DNA of 64,000 nucleotides from Eledone cirrhosa (taxonomy: Eukaryota), in contig OZ024755.1 of the NCBI GenBank assembly GCA_964016885.1, positions 33,294,001 to 33,358,000 on the forward strand, read 5' to 3'. The translations under genes were made by a program, and so were the position numbers. This document shows, in pieces, positions 62,691 to 64,000 of this stretch. The notes beneath the pieces were generated by a model, which ran no database searches, was not told the DNA's origin, and saw nothing but the letters and a program-made list of their open reading frames with translations. Each line of letters starts with the position of its first letter. The first letter of the stretch is position 1.

Positions 62691-62806
62691 ATAGGAAAAA
62701 GTATGACCCCGACGGCAGAGCTCAAGCCATTTCGACGGCTATTTCAGTCCAGAAATAGCCGTCGAAACGGCATGAGCTCTGCCATCGGGGTTATACTTTT
62801 TCCTAT
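62691..62806. repeat. GC-rich hairpin (55-bp arms, 6-nt loop, 4 mismatches) within microsatellite
   Basis: 62691-62745 pairs with 62752-62806. Confidence 0.92.
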
Positions 62807-62853
62807 ATATCTATATATGTATATGTGTGTGTGCTTGTTATCCATCTATCTCC

Positions 62854-62916
<63 letters not shown>

Positions 62917-64000
62917 ATTTAGATAGTTTAACTAATGGGTAGATATATATATATATATATGTTTGATATCTATATTCTGATAATGTAAAGTTAGGTGTTT
63001 ATACACTATTTGCACCTGTAGAAATTTACTACAAAGTTAACGGTTCATTATGTGAGTCATCTACTCAGTTGATATCGAGTTGTTTTTCTGTTTTGTCTTG
63101 TTTATGTCAAAAATAAAAACCAGAGGTGTGATAATACATGAATGCTGAAAGCTATAGATCTTGGTGAGAAATTCTGTGCTATTAAACTTGATCAAAGGAA
63201 GTAATTATATAGCAGTTTCAAACATTAAGAGAAGATTGAGTGCTTTTGTCCTTTAGGGCCAGACAAAATGTGGGATTACATCTTTGTGAGGCTGGAAGTA
63301 AAAAATATAATATCATCCCCTACCAAATAAATAAATAAGAAATGAAAGGGAAAGAAAAATGAATAAAATTATAGTGTGTAAATGAAATGGGTTTGTTTTC
63401 TGTGGCCGAGTAAGTTTTCTGTTAAGAGCAAAGAGAAGATTACGATATAGGTTTACTTTATATACCTTGCTTGTGTATGTAAAGCATTCACTATATTGTT
63501 TCCTCTTAACTTGTTTTCCTAAAAGGAATTCAACAAAGCAAATATTGCTTGATAATTTTTGAATATATAAACATCAAAAAGATTTTATATCATGAAACAG
63601 GAAAATGGCCGAGTCAGAAAATATATCTTACTTTTGTATCTTACTTTCCTATTTCTACCTTAAATCAGAGAAAATATTTGTTCCTCGAGACCTAACATAG
63701 GAGTGAAAGAAGTTAGAGGCAGTTTTTATTCAGTTATCCAAGCACTTTAGAAACAAGAATAGATGAGGGGCTAAATGAAAATGTTACGACACAAAGCTGG
63801 AAATAAAGGTTAATATATTTCAAGGGGATAGAATTCAATAATTGATGCAAGAGAAAGGAATATGAGGGTGAATGCTAAAATGGGAAAGGGAGTACGGGGT
63901 TTATGCAGAGAGAAGTAAAGAAATATTGGATGACTGCATACAAAATGAAAGAAGCATTGGATACAAGCTTTTAGAGGAGAGGAATTGGGGCATATAAGCT

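Noticed and set aside
62691-62806. Hammerhead in this hairpin (CGAAAC present)
   Set aside because: No CUGANGA box in a suitable position on either strand

Overview
AT-rich, repeat-dominated animal genomic DNA. The SINE/LINE repertoire and abundant (TA)n resemble coleoid cephalopod (octopus-like) genomes, but that is an inference. I could not support any intact host gene, tRNA, rRNA or CRISPR array, and almost all listed ORFs are microsatellite or transposon artefacts. Contents: a ~19.2-kb 30-bp GT-rich satellite with a ~3.4-kb higher-order duplication; several minisatellites, two born inside LINEs; many tRNA-derived SINEs (Nin/Deu-core and Meta/CORE-like); about ten TTAA piggyBac-type MITEs and two hAT MITEs; and decayed hAT, Helitron, Gypsy, CR1, RTE, CRE-like and Penelope-like (PLE) elements. 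The most interesting signal is four mutually unrelated fold-back (inverted repeat) insertions sitting in (TA)n tracts. Two carry hand-foldable type I hammerhead ribozymes (13284-13354 on +; 43587-43651 on -). One of these is the inverted pseudo-LTR of a PLE; the other has no ORF and is followed by a duplication starting at the predicted self-cleavage site. All translations and folds were done by eye, and element boundaries are approximate unless TSDs are cited.
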